A stretch of DNA of 64,000 nt, from the NCBI GenBank assembly GCA_965601925.1, contig OZ271854.1, positions 3,456,001-3,520,000 on the forward strand, written 5' to 3'. The notes below the pieces were generated by a model. It had not been told where the DNA came from. It was given only the letters and a program-made list of their open reading frames with translations, and ran no database searches. This DNA comes from Alkalispirochaeta sp. (GTDB lineage: Bacteria; Spirochaetota; Spirochaetia; DSM-27196; Alkalispirochaetaceae). The translations under genes were made by a program, and so were the position numbers. Below, one piece after another: positions 17,201 to 27,920 of the stretch. Position 1 is the first letter of the stretch; each line of letters begins with the position of its first letter.

Positions 17201-19564
17201 CTCGCGCGTATCGAGTTCGACCTCTACGGGGCTCCCGGAGCGTGCATTTCCGGCGCGGTCGGTTCCGGACAGTACATAGCGGTACGGCCCGTCGGGGGCG
17301 CGAGCCCCGTCGGCGGTACGTCCGTCCCACACGAGGCGGCCGTCGGGGCGTCCCGCCCAATCGTATTGCCGCACGATCTCGCCGGCCTCGCTCTCGATGC
17401 GCGCCGTCCATACGGGAATCTCCTCGGTCTCCTGCACGAAGGCGACCGTGTCGAGGCGTCCGTCGCCGTTGGGAGAAAAGATCGGCGTCTCGGCGCGCAC
17501 GGTGAGCCGGGGCGGTGTAACGTCGAGAACAAAGGGCGGTGAGAGCGCCTCCGGCCGGTTGCCGTTACGGTACTCGATCTCCAGACGCACTCGATACCGC
17601 CCTTCATTCATGCGCGCGCCCGACTCGGTGCGACCGTCGAACACCCACGGTCCAGGAACGTCCGTCGCTCCCGTGGCGGTACGGCGTGTATCACCGTTTT
17701 CGTCCAGGACGACGAAGCGATAGGCACGAATGCCTTCGGTTACCGGAACGTCGGGCGTGAAGGTGATCGCGTCCTGCCGGCCGTCGCCGTTGGGCGAGAA
17801 GTGTCCCAGGTTCAAAGTAAGCCCGATCGGGGTGGGCTCGGTGTCTACGATGATGTTTGCGAGGCTCGCCGATCCCTCGTTCAGGGCGCGGTCGGTGGCG
17901 GAGGCGCGATACGAATAGACGCCGTCGGGAACGAGTGAACCCGCACTGTCTCGGCCGTCCCACTCAAACTCGGCGAGCTGGGAGCCGGTGACCGTCTCTT
18001 GATAGACCACCGTGTCGGTCGTGTCGAGGATCTCCATCCGCCACTCGTCCTCGGGAGAGCTCTCCTGAGCGATGCGAAGGGTGTCCTTGTTCCCGTCGCC
18101 ATTCGGCGAGAAAATGATGTCGTCCGGATTCTGCGGTTCGGAGATGGTCGCTTCCGGCGGCGTCGAGTCGACGACAATGCGGAAGACGTCGGTCTCCCGC
18201 AGGTTACCGTTGTCGTCACGGGCGTTCAGCACGAAGGTGTACTCGCCGTCGCCGGCCAGACCGCCGTCTTCGGTGCGACCGTCCCACCGAATCGTCTCGG
18301 GCACCTCGATGCCGCGTCGCACATACAGAAGACGATCGACGATGTTCTGAAATCCGACGTTTTCCGGTCGCTGCTCCTTGTTCTCGATGCGCCGAACGAG
18401 CCCACCCTCGCCGTCGAGAATGTCCAGGGTCCAACTGTCGATAAAGCGTTCGTCCTCAATCGCGACGGGGAGGAGAAATTCGTCTGCGGCGCCGTCGTTG
18501 TTGGGCGAGATGTAGAGCGTGTCGGCGTAATCGATCGCGATTTCCGGCGGATTACGGTCGATGACGCCGAGGGCCGCCTGGACACCGGCTCCCGCCGCCC
18601 ACACGTCGTCGGTGAGGGGCGCCCACGCGCTGTGGATCGCCAGATCGCTCCGGTTCCATCCTTGCTCGCTGATGATTCCGTCCTCGGAAGCGATGTCGGT
18701 CTGAAAGCGGAATGAGATACCGACCGACGGCATGAGCGAACCGGCCTCGCGATCGGAGTCGGTCTGTTCGAGGAGATCGACGTCCCACCCTACATTGAGG
18801 CCGAGGCGGTCGAAGAGGGTAAGTTGACTTCCCACGCGATATCGAACGTTCTGAAATGAGGGCGCGGTAAAGCCGGTGTGCACGGTCCAATCGACCGTTT
18901 CGGTCTCGACGAATGTCGCTTGTATATCCGCCGCCGGGGTAAACGGTGCCGGACTCCCGGTAGTGTCTTCTACCGGTGAGAGTCCCACACCGAGTTGGGT
19001 GACGGCGAATCCCCACCGAATCTCGGGGAGCGACCACACCGGCCCCACAATGTGGATAATTCCCAGATCGAGTCCCCCGGCAAACGCCGTGTTGCCGCCG
19101 TTGGCGCCTGCGTGACCTCGCAATCCCGCGCCGAAGAGGAGCGACGGGTAGAGATCCTTGGCAAAGCTCACGTTGAGGCTCGCCCGTTGCCCGAGATCGA
19201 CCGTGGCGTAGTCGACGCTTGCGAGGTTGAGCGACCCGGTAAAGACGCCCGCCGGGGTCGGCACCGACACACCGAGGTTGCCCGCGTGCCCGTCCCACGA
19301 ACCGTCTCCTACGAGCGTCAAATAGCTTGCGTCGAGATGAACACGCTGCTTCAATGCTGAGGCGGCGGGGTTGATTACATCGCCCGATACCGACTCGGTG
19401 GAGGCGGTATTGGCCGTCGTTGCCAAAAAGAGGGGCGAGCGGAGTTGATCCAACAGCTCGCCGCCGGGCACCGGATCGTACTCCTGGCCGTACGCCGAGG
19501 AGATCGTCGCCAAAGAGAGAACGAAAACGCAGACAATGGTCGCACCGATTCGATAGTTCATCAC
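14270..19564 (-). CDS. Large envelope protein: N-terminal barrel-like region, 12 FlgD-Ig/CHU_C-like repeats, C-terminal OmpA domain
   Basis: 12 (F/I)SP(N/D)xDGxxD motifs, most followed by WDG..G...DG.Y; C-terminal INFEPNS, VEGHA, LSTARADTVRDAL, NRRVEF. Confidence 0.85.
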   Translation of the reverse strand: MMNYRIGATIVCVFVLSLATISSAYGQEYDPVPGGELLDQLRSPLFLATTANTASTESVSGDVINPAASALKQRVHLDASYLTLVGDGSWDGHAGNLGVSVPTPAGVFTGSLNLASVDYATVDLGQRASLNVSFAKDLYPSLLFGAGLRGHAGANGGNTAFAGGLDLGIIHIVGPVWSLPEIRWGFAVTQLGVGLSPVEDTTGSPAPFTPAADIQATFVETETVDWTVHTGFTAPSFQNVRYRVGSQLTLFDRLGLNVGWDVDLLEQTDSDREAGSLMPSVGISFRFQTDIASEDGIISEQGWNRSDLAIHSAWAPLTDDVWAAGAGVQAALGVIDRNPPEIAIDYADTLYISPNNDGAADEFLLPVAIEDERFIDSWTLDILDGEGGLVRRIENKEQRPENVGFQNIVDRLLYVRRGIEVPETIRWDGRTEDGGLAGDGEYTFVLNARDDNGNLRETDVFRIVVDSTPPEATISEPQNPDDIIFSPNGDGNKDTLRIAQESSPEDEWRMEILDTTDTVVYQETVTGSQLAEFEWDGRDSAGSLVPDGVYSYRASATDRALNEGSASLANIIVDTEPTPIGLTLNLGHFSPNGDGRQDAITFTPDVPVTEGIRAYRFVVLDENGDTRRTATGATDVPGPWVFDGRTESGARMNEGRYRVRLEIEYRNGNRPEALSPPFVLDVTPPRLTVRAETPIFSPNGDGRLDTVAFVQETEEIPVWTARIESEAGEIVRQYDWAGRPDGRLVWDGRTADGARAPDGPYRYVLSGTDRAGNARSGSPVEVELDTRETPVFVSSEREAFSPNDDGVVDSIDLITELADARGVERFELAILDGADRTVARITDSGTPGERYEWDGRGATGRVVADGTYRVRIEVEYRHGNRPSATSAPFRVDTVAPRARVELADTIFSPDGDGRRDAVTIRQESSREALWTAEIVPDDGGPPVRRWSFSGELAPLEWDGTDEDGAVVEDGRYRYRVTSVDGAGNRFSTTTSPFRTDTREVDVQLRISEAAFSPNGDGVLDAVELIPGVNIESPIAEWILSVEDTTGDETIFETSGIGELETVTWRGEGRTGRAPDGFYRGRLRVRFARGDEVEIVSARGVVLDTVAPAADVALSSPVISPNGDGTLDELVVSQTTSEEERWIARVLDDTDGTIGRWEWVGRAEAELAFAGLDDERRRVPDGMYAYILQATDRAGNSSSIGPLPFEIYTAETPLELYPSRSAFSPNGDGAFDTLDFRIVAGEARGLERYTFVVETSSGEDVMRTTGVALPERFSWNGRTQGGGRAEEGRYRATLEVEYRHGNRPAASTTAFLLDTTPPALELAASHEIFSPDGDGRRDTVSVRQSSDAAEGWRGRITAESGEVIREYGWTDRTAAFEWDGTDIAGNVVADGRYRYTVEGTDAAGNTARGELAAIEVDTRTARIFVTLDRRTISPNGDGVDDRLEIGMIASRQDGAEYRLVEIVDESGTVVETFRSEAVELRETLVWDGLIDGVPIADGRYAVRFSVGFRNGALPRVSSPELVVDTAGPELAVNLAGLPFSPDNDGLNDELGIGLTTADASDIAEWSFEILDRTNAPFQQFDGSARPRSELVWDGRSNDGELVISAEDYPYRFSAVDTTGNRSEVTGTIPIDILVVRDGDLLRIQISNINFEPNSPELQLDPATEQGAKNISVLDRLVEVFDKYRTYEIRVEGHAVNLSGTAEEEREELEPLSTARADTVRDALVERGMDIERISVEGRGGTAPIVPHTDRENRWKNRRVEFILIR

Positions 19565-19655
19565 CCACCGATTTTACCGCATGTCGAACGCTAAATCATC
19601 AACTGCGGTGGGTGTGTGAATCGTCTTTGTCGTCGGCCTCCGGAGGAGTATGGGG

Positions 19656-20174
19656 CTATCCGGCCCGTTTGCCGCCGACGTCGGTCGTCGACGGCGGCGC
19701 GATACCGGCTATGAGTTGCTTCACGTCGTGGCGCGCATACGTCAATCGCTGCGAGTCGCCGCCGATCGGCGCGACATCGATGCGAAGCGTAACGGTGTCG
19801 AGTCCGCCAATAAGCGCCCCGGCGGACGGCAAAGCGGTGTCCGGGGAGGAACGGACCGCCTCTATGAGGGGCGCCACCGCCGGGATTTCGTCCGGACGGG
19901 GAGCGCAGAAGAGCACGATCGGCGTCGCGGGACCGAACGGTTGGCGTCCGGCGATGCAGGATTGGACGGCTCGGACGTGTTGCCGAGACTCCTCAGACGG
20001 ACTGAAACAGTAACAGTTGATGGCCGAGTTGCCGAAAAGCCTGCGTCGTTCGACGCGCACCAAGAGCGCCGCTCGAATGCCCGTGTCGCCGATCAGTATG
20101 GAGCGGTGCACCGCGGCCCCTCCCCGGTACATCGCTCGCGCCATTTCATCCCAATGCATCTGTTCCTCGCACAT
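19656..20174 (-). CDS. Hypothetical protein
   Basis: 172-aa ORF filling the gap, ATG start, divergent from clpB; no motif recognised. Confidence 0.35.
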   Translation of the reverse strand: MCEEQMHWDEMARAMYRGGAAVHRSILIGDTGIRAALLVRVERRRLFGNSAINCYCFSPSEESRQHVRAVQSCIAGRQPFGPATPIVLFCAPRPDEIPAVAPLIEAVRSSPDTALPSAGALIGGLDTVTLRIDVAPIGGDSQRLTYARHDVKQLIAGIAPPSTTDVGGKRAG

Positions 20175-20338
20175 TCACGTTATCGTGACTTTTTTAGAAA
20201 TCTATGAAAACGCGCACTTTTTATTGCGATACATACGAATAGCGGCCGGCCCGGTACGCGTTGCCGACACGACCGGCGTCTCACTATATTAGTATCGTTC
20301 TCAGACAGTTGTGTTTCCACCACAGGAGTAGCTATATC

Positions 20339-22933
20339 ATGACACTCGATGCATTCACGACAAAGGCGCAGCAGGCCGTAGAGGACGCCGCCACGCGCGC
20401 CAACCAACACGACCATAGTACGCTCGAGGCGGTGCATCTCTCGGTGGCCCTTCTCGAACAGCCGCAAGGAATCGTACCGAGCATACTCGATCGCCTGGAG
20501 GCGCAAACGGCGCTCATCAAAAACGAGATTGAACGGGAGATCGGCCGCCTTCCGAGGGTGACCGGCGACGGTGCGCAGTTGCACCCCTCACCCAATCTCT
20601 CCCGTGTGCTCGCCAAGGCGGAGGCGATGAGCCGAGAGATGGGAGACCGCTACGTCTCTACCGAGCACGTGCTGATAGCGATTCTCGAATCGCCGGATCG
20701 CGCCGCGGAGATATTCAAGAACCAAGGAGTTACCGCGGAGGCTGTGCGGGGGGTACTGGACGACGTCCGCGGGAGTCAACGGGTGGACAGCCAAGACCCG
20801 GAGGGAAAGATGAAGGTTCTTGAGAAGTACACCAAGGATCTCACTTCACTCGCGCGCCAGGAGAAACTCGACCCGGTAATTGGACGCGACGAGGAGATCC
20901 GCCGAGTGATGCAAGTCTTGAGCCGGCGTACCAAAAACAATCCCGTACTCATCGGAGAACCGGGCGTCGGTAAAACGGCGATCGCCGAGGGGTTGGCGCG
21001 ACGCGTTGTCGCCGGAGACGTGCCCGATTCGCTACGGGACAAGCGTATTCTCGCCCTCGATCTCGGTGCGTTGTTGGCCGGGACCAAGTTTCGCGGCGAG
21101 TTCGAGGAGCGTTTTAAGGGAGTGATTGAGGAGATCGCGAAGGCCGACGGCCGGATCGTTCTTTTCATCGATGAGTTGCACACCCTCATGGGTGCGGGAA
21201 GCGCCGAGGGGGCGATGGACGCCTCGAATCTTCTTAAGCCGGCCCTCGCACGGGGCGAGCTGCGAGCCATCGGCGCAACGACTCTCGACGAGTACCGTAA
21301 GCATATCGAAAAGGACGCCGCCTTCGAGCGCCGCTTTCAGACCGTATATACCGCGGAACCGAGCGTCGAGAGCACGGTAGCGATTCTCCGCGGCCTGAAG
21401 GAGCGCTATGAGGTGCACCACGGGGTGCGTATTCGCGACGACGCGCTGCTTGCGGCGGCGACCCTCAGCGATCGCTACATCACCAACCGCTTCCTCCCCG
21501 ACAAGGCGATCGACCTCGTGGACGAGGCGGCGAGCCGCATGAAGATGGAGATCGAGAGTCAACCGACCGAACTCGATCAGTTGGAACGGCGCATCCTGCA
21601 GTTGGATATCGAACGCCAGGCCCTCGTGAGCGAGACCGACGGCGCGGGCCGCGAGCGGTTGGTACGGCTCGAGGAAGAGCTTGCGGACCTTCGCGCCGAG
21701 CGCGACACCATGCGCATCAGGTGGAAAAACGAGAAGGACGTCATCGACCGTATTCGCACCCTCAAGCAGGAGTTGGAGCAGCTTTCGATTCAAGAGGTAC
21801 ACTACGAACGCTCCGGCGATCTTTCAAAAGCGGCCGAAATTAAGCACGGCACCATACCGACGAAGGAGCGCGAACTCGATGAGCTGAGCGCGCGCCTCCA
21901 TGAGGTACAGGGAGAGAACTCGCTTCTGCGCGAGGAGGTGAGCGACGAGGATATCGCTCGCGTCGTCTCGACGTGGACCGGCATCCCCGTGAATAAGATG
22001 ATGTCGTCGGAGATGCAGAAGCTGTTGGAGCTCGAATCGATCATGGAGCGCCGCGTCGTCGGACAGCCCAACGCCATTCGAGCGGTGGCCGACGCGATCC
22101 GGCGCAATAAGTCGGGCATCAGCGACGAGAATCGTCCGTCGGGTACCTTTCTCTTTCTCGGCCCCACCGGCGTCGGAAAGACCGAGCTCGCCAAGACGAT
22201 CGCCTCGTTTCTCTTCGACGACGAGCGCGCCCTGACGCGGATCGACATGAGCGAGTACATGGAGCGTCACGCCGTGAGCCGGCTCATCGGAGCGCCCCCC
22301 GGATACGTGGGGTACGATCAGGGCGGACAGTTGACCGAGGTCGTGCGACGGAGACCGTACTCGGTGCTCCTGTTCGACGAGGTGGAGAAGGCGCATCCCG
22401 ACGTCTATAACGTATTTCTCCAACTTCTCGACGAAGGGCGGCTCACCGACGGACAGGGGCGACTGGTCGACTTCCGCAATACGATCGTCATCATGACGAG
22501 CAACATCGGCAGCGAGCTCATCCTCGGCGCCGACGATCTGGAGGCCGTTCGTCCGCAGGTCGATGAGCTTTTGCATAGGACGTTTCGCCCCGAGTTCCTC
22601 AACCGGCTGGACGAGGTGATTACCTTCAACCGTCTCGGGATGGAGCAGATTCTCTCCATCGTCGATCTCGAAGTCGAACGCCTCAAACGGCGTCTCTCCG
22701 GGCGCGCCATTACCATCGAGTTGGAGGGTGAGGCGCGCGAGCACCTTGCTCATCTCGGGTTCGATCCCGCCTTCGGTGCGCGACCGCTGAAACGAGCCGT
22801 GCAGCAGCACATTCAGAACGGGCTTGCCAAAGAGCTTCTCTCGGGAGGTATCGCCGACGGTGATCGGGTGCGCGTCGCGCGCGCGTCCGGCAACGGGAGC
22901 GAGAGCGAGTTTTCGTTCTTGACCGGCCGATAG
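20339..22933 (+). CDS. clpB: ATP-dependent chaperone ClpB
   Basis: Clp N-domain, GEPGVGKT and GPTGVGKT Walker A motifs, coiled-coil M domain, [24 protein letters not shown] before ATG 20339. Confidence 0.97.
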   Translation: MTLDAFTTKAQQAVEDAATRANQHDHSTLEAVHLSVALLEQPQGIVPSILDRLEAQTALIKNEIEREIGRLPRVTGDGAQLHPSPNLSRVLAKAEAMSREMGDRYVSTEHVLIAILESPDRAAEIFKNQGVTAEAVRGVLDDVRGSQRVDSQDPEGKMKVLEKYTKDLTSLARQEKLDPVIGRDEEIRRVMQVLSRRTKNNPVLIGEPGVGKTAIAEGLARRVVAGDVPDSLRDKRILALDLGALLAGTKFRGEFEERFKGVIEEIAKADGRIVLFIDELHTLMGAGSAEGAMDASNLLKPALARGELRAIGATTLDEYRKHIEKDAAFERRFQTVYTAEPSVESTVAILRGLKERYEVHHGVRIRDDALLAAATLSDRYITNRFLPDKAIDLVDEAASRMKMEIESQPTELDQLERRILQLDIERQALVSETDGAGRERLVRLEEELADLRAERDTMRIRWKNEKDVIDRIRTLKQELEQLSIQEVHYERSGDLSKAAEIKHGTIPTKERELDELSARLHEVQGENSLLREEVSDEDIARVVSTWTGIPVNKMMSSEMQKLLELESIMERRVVGQPNAIRAVADAIRRNKSGISDENRPSGTFLFLGPTGVGKTELAKTIASFLFDDERALTRIDMSEYMERHAVSRLIGAPPGYVGYDQGGQLTEVVRRRPYSVLLFDEVEKAHPDVYNVFLQLLDEGRLTDGQGRLVDFRNTIVIMTSNIGSELILGADDLEAVRPQVDELLHRTFRPEFLNRLDEVITFNRLGMEQILSIVDLEVERLKRRLSGRAITIELEGEAREHLAHLGFDPAFGARPLKRAVQQHIQNGLAKELLSGGIADGDRVRVARASGNGSESEFSFLTGR

Positions 22934-23123
22934 CGCCGGTCTCCCGTCCGACGCCCCGGCGCGCGGGATGCTTCTCGGACGTCGGGGTACGGCTCGTCCG
23001 TCGATAGTGCGGTGCGGCTTCGACGGAGAGCGCGTCGTAAACCGACGGACGGCGGGCGAGCCGCCGATCCGATCAGGTAACCTCGTTTGACGCAGTCGTA
23101 CGACGCGGAGTACGCTCCCGGCC

Positions 23124-24503
23124 ATGGCTAAGCTTTGGGACAAGGGATACGAGCTGGACACGGCGGTCGAACGATTTACGGTAGGACGGGACTATCTCCT
23201 GGATCGGGAACTCATCGTCGCCGACGCCGCGGCGAGTATCGCCCACGCGCGCATGCTCGAGGCGATAGGGATACTCACGGCCGAGGAGCGCCTATCGCTC
23301 GAAACCGAGCTCCGGCACATCGCTACCGAGGGCGCGGCCGGTGCGATCGAGATTACACGCTCCGAGGAGGATTGCCATACGGCGATCGAGACGCGTCTCG
23401 TTGAGCGTCTGGGCGAGGCGGGTAAGAAGGTTCACACCGGTCGGAGTCGTAACGATCAGGTTGCCGCGGCGACGCGCCTGTACACACGCGAGGCGCTGCT
23501 CGATATAGCCTCGGCGGGAGAGCGCGTGATAACGGTACTCCTCGGTCGGGCCGCAGAGGAGGCCGATACGGTCATGCCCGGGAGAACGCACCTCCAAATC
23601 GCGATGCTCTCGACGCTCGGGCTTTGGTTCGCGTCGTGGGCCGAACAGCTCCTCGACGACTTTGACGTTCTAAGGGCGGCGGCGAGACTCAACGATCGCA
23701 GCCCCCTGGGATCGGCGGCCAGTTACGGAACCTCCTTGCCCCTCGACCGGGAGTTGGTCGCCCGGGAGCTGGGATTCTCCGCCGTACAGAACAACGTGCT
23801 CGCGGTGCAGCACTCGCGAGGCTCGCTCGACGCCCACATCGTAGGCGGTCTGGCGGCCGTGGCGGCGACACTATCGCGCATGGCCCAGGACCTCATTCTC
23901 TTTTCTCTTCCCGAGTTGGGATACGTCCGATTGCCCGAGGCGCTCTGTTCGGGCTCCAGCATCATGCCTCAGAAACGCAATCCCGATGTATTGGAGCTCC
24001 TCCGTTCCCGCGCTGCGGTCGTCGACGGGTGGGCGGCGCAGTGCCGCGGTGTCGTCCGCTCGCTGCCGTCGGGGTATAACCGCGACCTACAGGATACCAA
24101 GGAGCCGCTTCTCCGAGCGCTGCGCACCGTCGAAGAGGAACTTGCGGTAACCGAAGTCCTTATCTCGCGCCTGGAGCCGCAGCGCGAACGCATGCACGCG
24201 GCCCTCGACGCCGACGTCTTTGCGACGGACTACGCGTATCGGCTCGTAGAAGAGGGCATCCCGTTTCGTGAGGCGTATCGGCGTGCGGCGGCCGACTACC
24301 GAACGCAACGGATCCCCGACGCCGTGGAGGCGCTTCGCCGCAGACGGAGCACCGGAACGCCCGGAAATCTCAATCTGGCCGCAGCTCATGAACGCCTTCA
24401 CGACGCGGCGTCCGCCGCCGAAGGCGTTCGTGTTCGGCACACTACAGCCGTCGGCAGCCTTCTCGGAACGTCGACCTCCGTTCGACCGCACCTGGACGGA
24501 TGA
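23124..24503 (+). CDS. argH: Argininosuccinate lyase
   Basis: KLW N-terminus, HTGRSRNDQ, MPGRTHLQ, SPLGSAA, GSSIMPQKRNPD signature, YNRDLQ. Confidence 0.93.
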   Translation: MAKLWDKGYELDTAVERFTVGRDYLLDRELIVADAAASIAHARMLEAIGILTAEERLSLETELRHIATEGAAGAIEITRSEEDCHTAIETRLVERLGEAGKKVHTGRSRNDQVAAATRLYTREALLDIASAGERVITVLLGRAAEEADTVMPGRTHLQIAMLSTLGLWFASWAEQLLDDFDVLRAAARLNDRSPLGSAASYGTSLPLDRELVARELGFSAVQNNVLAVQHSRGSLDAHIVGGLAAVAATLSRMAQDLILFSLPELGYVRLPEALCSGSSIMPQKRNPDVLELLRSRAAVVDGWAAQCRGVVRSLPSGYNRDLQDTKEPLLRALRTVEEELAVTEVLISRLEPQRERMHAALDADVFATDYAYRLVEEGIPFREAYRRAAADYRTQRIPDAVEALRRRRSTGTPGNLNLAAAHERLHDAASAAEGVRVRHTTAVGSLLGTSTSVRPHLDG

Positions 24504-24524
24504 CGCCACGCTCCTTCGGGAGTC

Positions 24525-25343
24525 TTACGCGACGTCGCGTCGGCGGCGGAACGCCGCGTATCCGACAAATGCCACAATCGTCAAGAGATACGGTAGGGCG
24601 AGGAGGAGCGTCGGCGGTACATGTAGGAGCGCTTGAGCGCGGACCGAGAACGCCACTACGGCGCCGAAAAAGAGTGCCGCGAGGGCCAACCCGAAGGGGG
24701 TGCGATATCCGAGATAGACGATGACGAGAGCGATCCAACCGCGCCCGGCGGCTATGTTGGGCAGGTACACACCGACCCGGAGGGAGAGCAACGCTCCCGA
24801 GACCCCCGCCAAGGCGCCGCTTGCCACAAGTCCCATGAGCCGATATCGCCGCAGACCGACACCCCGAGAGCGGAGCCATTGGGGTTCTTCGCCGGCGATA
24901 CGGAGCCGAACGCCCGTCGGAGTCCGATACAGAAAGAGCTGCACCACGATCAACACGATCGCGGCGGTTAGTACCGTCGCCCATGCGGATATACTTTCAC
25001 GACCGATTCTCAGCGAACCTCGCGTGCCGAAGAGGATTTCCGAGAGGAGAGGAACCGTTCCGGCGGCGAGGAGATTGAGTGCCAGCCCTACGATAAAGGG
25101 GTTAGCCCGCCACCGGAGCGCGAAGAGGGCAAAGACCGCCGCCACGGCGACGCCCGCCGCTCCGGCGACGACACCGGCGACCGACGCGCTTGCGCCGGCG
25201 ATCGTAGAGGCGGTGGCCGCGAACGCCCCGACGACCATCATCCCCTCCAGACCGATGTTGAGTACGCCGCTGCGTTCCGATAGAAGACCGCCGAGGGCTA
25301 CGATCAGGAGGATTGCCCAACTTTGAGCTATCTGCAGCATCAT
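24525..25343 (-). CDS. Nucleoside/sugar ABC transporter permease (NupC-like)
   Basis: SERSGVLNIGLEG, GEEP, AGRGWIAL, ALPYLLT. Confidence 0.88.
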   Translation of the reverse strand: MMLQIAQSWAILLIVALGGLLSERSGVLNIGLEGMMVVGAFAATASTIAGASASVAGVVAGAAGVAVAAVFALFALRWRANPFIVGLALNLLAAGTVPLLSEILFGTRGSLRIGRESISAWATVLTAAIVLIVVQLFLYRTPTGVRLRIAGEEPQWLRSRGVGLRRYRLMGLVASGALAGVSGALLSLRVGVYLPNIAAGRGWIALVIVYLGYRTPFGLALAALFFGAVVAFSVRAQALLHVPPTLLLALPYLLTIVAFVGYAAFRRRRDVA

Positions 25344-26377
25344 CGGCTCTCCTCCTCGGCAGAGGATCGTCGCGTGAGTCTCCGTCGACGGCGTACCGCG
25401 ATATCGGCGGTGACGAACAGGAACACGACGGCCTGCACGATCGAGCCGAGTTCCCACGTGGTCTGATTTTGTAGTACCGCCGCGCGCGCGCCCGACTCCA
25501 AAAACGCAAAGAAAATCGCCGCCGGTATGAGCAAGAGGGGATGGTTTCGCGCAATGAGTGCGACGGCGATGCCGTTCCACCCCAGTCCGCCGGAGAAACC
25601 GGCGATGCTTCTATGGTGGACCCCAAGCACGAGTATCACTCCCGCCGCACCGTGCATGAGTCCCGAGAGCGCCATCGGTAACGCGGTGTAGAGGCCCACG
25701 GGCATTCCCGCGTATCGCGCAAGGCGACGGTTGTATCCGACGATGCGAAGCTCGTACCCGAAGAGCGTCCAGCGCAGCGCAATCCACAGCGTCACCAGTA
25801 CGAAAAGTCCCCAAAAGACTCCCGCATTGAGTGCCGACGGTGGAAGGAGTCGCGTCAATCTGGCCGCATCGGGAACCGAGCGGCTGGCGAGCAGGCTGCT
25901 GTCGGGATCGCGCAAGGGGCCGGTGAGGAGATAGTCGAGAACGGGAAACAGCGCCGCGGAGAGGAGAAAACTTGTAATGAGCTCGTCCGCGCCGGTACGG
26001 TGCTTGAGCCATCCGGAGAGCCCGGCGATTCCCGCGCCGCCGCCTATCGCTACGGCGACCGCGATCCACGTCGGTAACTGCGTCGTGGTAAGGAGCACCG
26101 TTACGAGGACCGCGGCGGCATATACTTGTCCCTCACCGCCGAGGTTGAACACTCCGGCGCGGAAGGCGACGACGACTCCGGCCCCCGTCAACATCAACAT
26201 CGAGGCGCGAGAGAGAAGGTTGCCGAGGGCGTAACGGTTCGCCCACGGTCCGATGAGTACCGTCGAAAGGGTACGGTAGGGTGCGTCGGCCGTGAGAAAT
26301 ATCACGACGACTACCGTTACGATCGCCGCCACCGCCGCAGTGACGGCGCTCCCGGCCGTCGCCCGAGCACGACTCAC
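25340..26377 (-). CDS. Nucleoside/sugar ABC transporter permease (NupB-like)
   Basis: FRAGVFNLGGEGQ, GYELRIVG, GLGWNGIAVALIARNHP. Confidence 0.88.
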   Translation of the reverse strand: MSRARATAGSAVTAAVAAIVTVVVVIFLTADAPYRTLSTVLIGPWANRYALGNLLSRASMLMLTGAGVVVAFRAGVFNLGGEGQVYAAAVLVTVLLTTTQLPTWIAVAVAIGGGAGIAGLSGWLKHRTGADELITSFLLSAALFPVLDYLLTGPLRDPDSSLLASRSVPDAARLTRLLPPSALNAGVFWGLFVLVTLWIALRWTLFGYELRIVGYNRRLARYAGMPVGLYTALPMALSGLMHGAAGVILVLGVHHRSIAGFSGGLGWNGIAVALIARNHPLLLIPAAIFFAFLESGARAAVLQNQTTWELGSIVQAVVFLFVTADIAVRRRRRLTRRSSAEEESR

Positions 26378-27915
26378 GATCGTACCTCCGTCGCGTCGTC
26401 CCGATGCGTCGTCTTAACCCCGGCAAAGGCGCGCGCTATTTCCTCTTTTTGGTACGGCGCGAACTCGCCGACGACGGCTCGGTCGTAGAGCACGGTGATC
26501 CGTTCTGCCAAGATGAGAACCGACTCAATGGCGGAGCTGAGGACTAACACGGCCGTACCCGATCGCGCCATGTCGTGCAGCGTGGCGCGAAGCGCAAACT
26601 GGCCCTCCAGGTCGAGCCCCGCCGTAGGATCGACGATGATGCAGACAGCCGGAGCCTTATCGAGTTCCCGTGCCAGGATGAGTTTTTGGATCGTGCCCCC
26701 CGACAGCGCCTCGAGGGGGGCGGTGGGCGCGACGCGAACGCCGAACACGTCCATGAGGCGCGATGTAACGCCGCGCGTATCTTTCGGATCGCGAAATCCT
26801 CTTGGGTGAACCGTCGCCCTCTCGTGGAGGATCGCGTTCTCCTCGACACTGCCTGTAAGAGCCGCGGCGCGATCGAAGCGGTCCGAGGGTATGTATGCGA
26901 GGCCGGCGCTCCGCAAATCGGACGGTTCCACGACGGCACCCAACGTCTTTTCCGCCAGTCGGATCGCACCTTTCTCCAACTGCGCTTCGCCCGCGAAGTA
27001 TTGCTCGATTATATCGAGACCCGATTCGCGCATTCCCGTTACGGCGCAGACGCATCCCGGATAGGCCGCAAGATCTATGGGGCCGAGAGGACGCACGGTC
27101 TTTCTGCCGCGGATCACCGCGCGGTCGAGTACCAAGGACGCCGTCGTCCGGCTCATCTCGCCGTGCTCCGCCGCACCGTTCGGGGTTACCGAGGCGTGAG
27201 TGGCGCGACCGCCGAAGAGGACGGCCGCCAAACGATCCGCGGACACCGGAGCGGGAATCGTTTGAAGCGTGCGTCCGCCGGCAAGAATCGTGACACGGTC
27301 GCAGACCGAGGCGACCTCCTCCAGATCGTGAGAGATGAACAGGATCGCATTTTGATCGTCCCGAAATGAGTTGAGGCTGGCGAGAATGGCCTTTCGATCG
27401 ATCCCCGATAGGCCGACGGTCGGCTCGTCGAGAATGAGTATCGACGGATTACGCACTAAGGCCGACAGCAGCGCAGCGAGGCGTATCTCCGTTCCTCCGA
27501 GCGCTCCGGCGGGCCGTTCTATGTCCAAGTCTATGTTAAACCGCCTTGCCACTCCGTCGATTCGGCGGAGACCTTCCCGACGCGCCATAAACGGTCCCCA
27601 TCGCGGCTCATCACCGACGAGAAGATTCTGCCACACCGGTATACTCGGAGCCATCCTCGGATATTGGGGAACGATCGCCACCGTCGTGCGGCGCGACGCG
27701 TCATACAGCTCCCGCTCTATTTGGACCGCGCCTCCGTCGGGCTCCTCGATACCGGCGAGGACGCGCACCAACGTCGATTTACCGGCCCCGTTCTCTCCCA
27801 CCAACGCATGGATCTCGCCGGGGAGGAGATCCAGCGACGCATCCGCAAGTGCGCGGATCGAGCCGTAGCGTTTGGTTATGGTGTGGGCGGTGAGAAGGGG
27901 ACGAGATTGGTGCAT
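26374..27915 (-). CDS. Nucleoside/sugar ABC transporter ATP-binding protein (tandem NBD)
   Basis: GENGAGKST, LILDEPT, second NBD with LSGGTIQKLILAREL; start ATG 27915. Confidence 0.88.
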   Translation of the reverse strand: MHQSRPLLTAHTITKRYGSIRALADASLDLLPGEIHALVGENGAGKSTLVRVLAGIEEPDGGAVQIERELYDASRRTTVAIVPQYPRMAPSIPVWQNLLVGDEPRWGPFMARREGLRRIDGVARRFNIDLDIERPAGALGGTEIRLAALLSALVRNPSILILDEPTVGLSGIDRKAILASLNSFRDDQNAILFISHDLEEVASVCDRVTILAGGRTLQTIPAPVSADRLAAVLFGGRATHASVTPNGAAEHGEMSRTTASLVLDRAVIRGRKTVRPLGPIDLAAYPGCVCAVTGMRESGLDIIEQYFAGEAQLEKGAIRLAEKTLGAVVEPSDLRSAGLAYIPSDRFDRAAALTGSVEENAILHERATVHPRGFRDPKDTRGVTSRLMDVFGVRVAPTAPLEALSGGTIQKLILARELDKAPAVCIIVDPTAGLDLEGQFALRATLHDMARSGTAVLVLSSAIESVLILAERITVLYDRAVVGEFAPYQKEEIARAFAGVKTTHRDDATEVRS

Positions 27916-27920
27916 CGTCT

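Noticed and set aside
20180..20338. CIRCE, CtsR or HAIR heat-shock operator upstream of clpB
   Set aside because: No adequate match to TTAGCACTC-N9-GAGTGCTAA or the other consensus sequences
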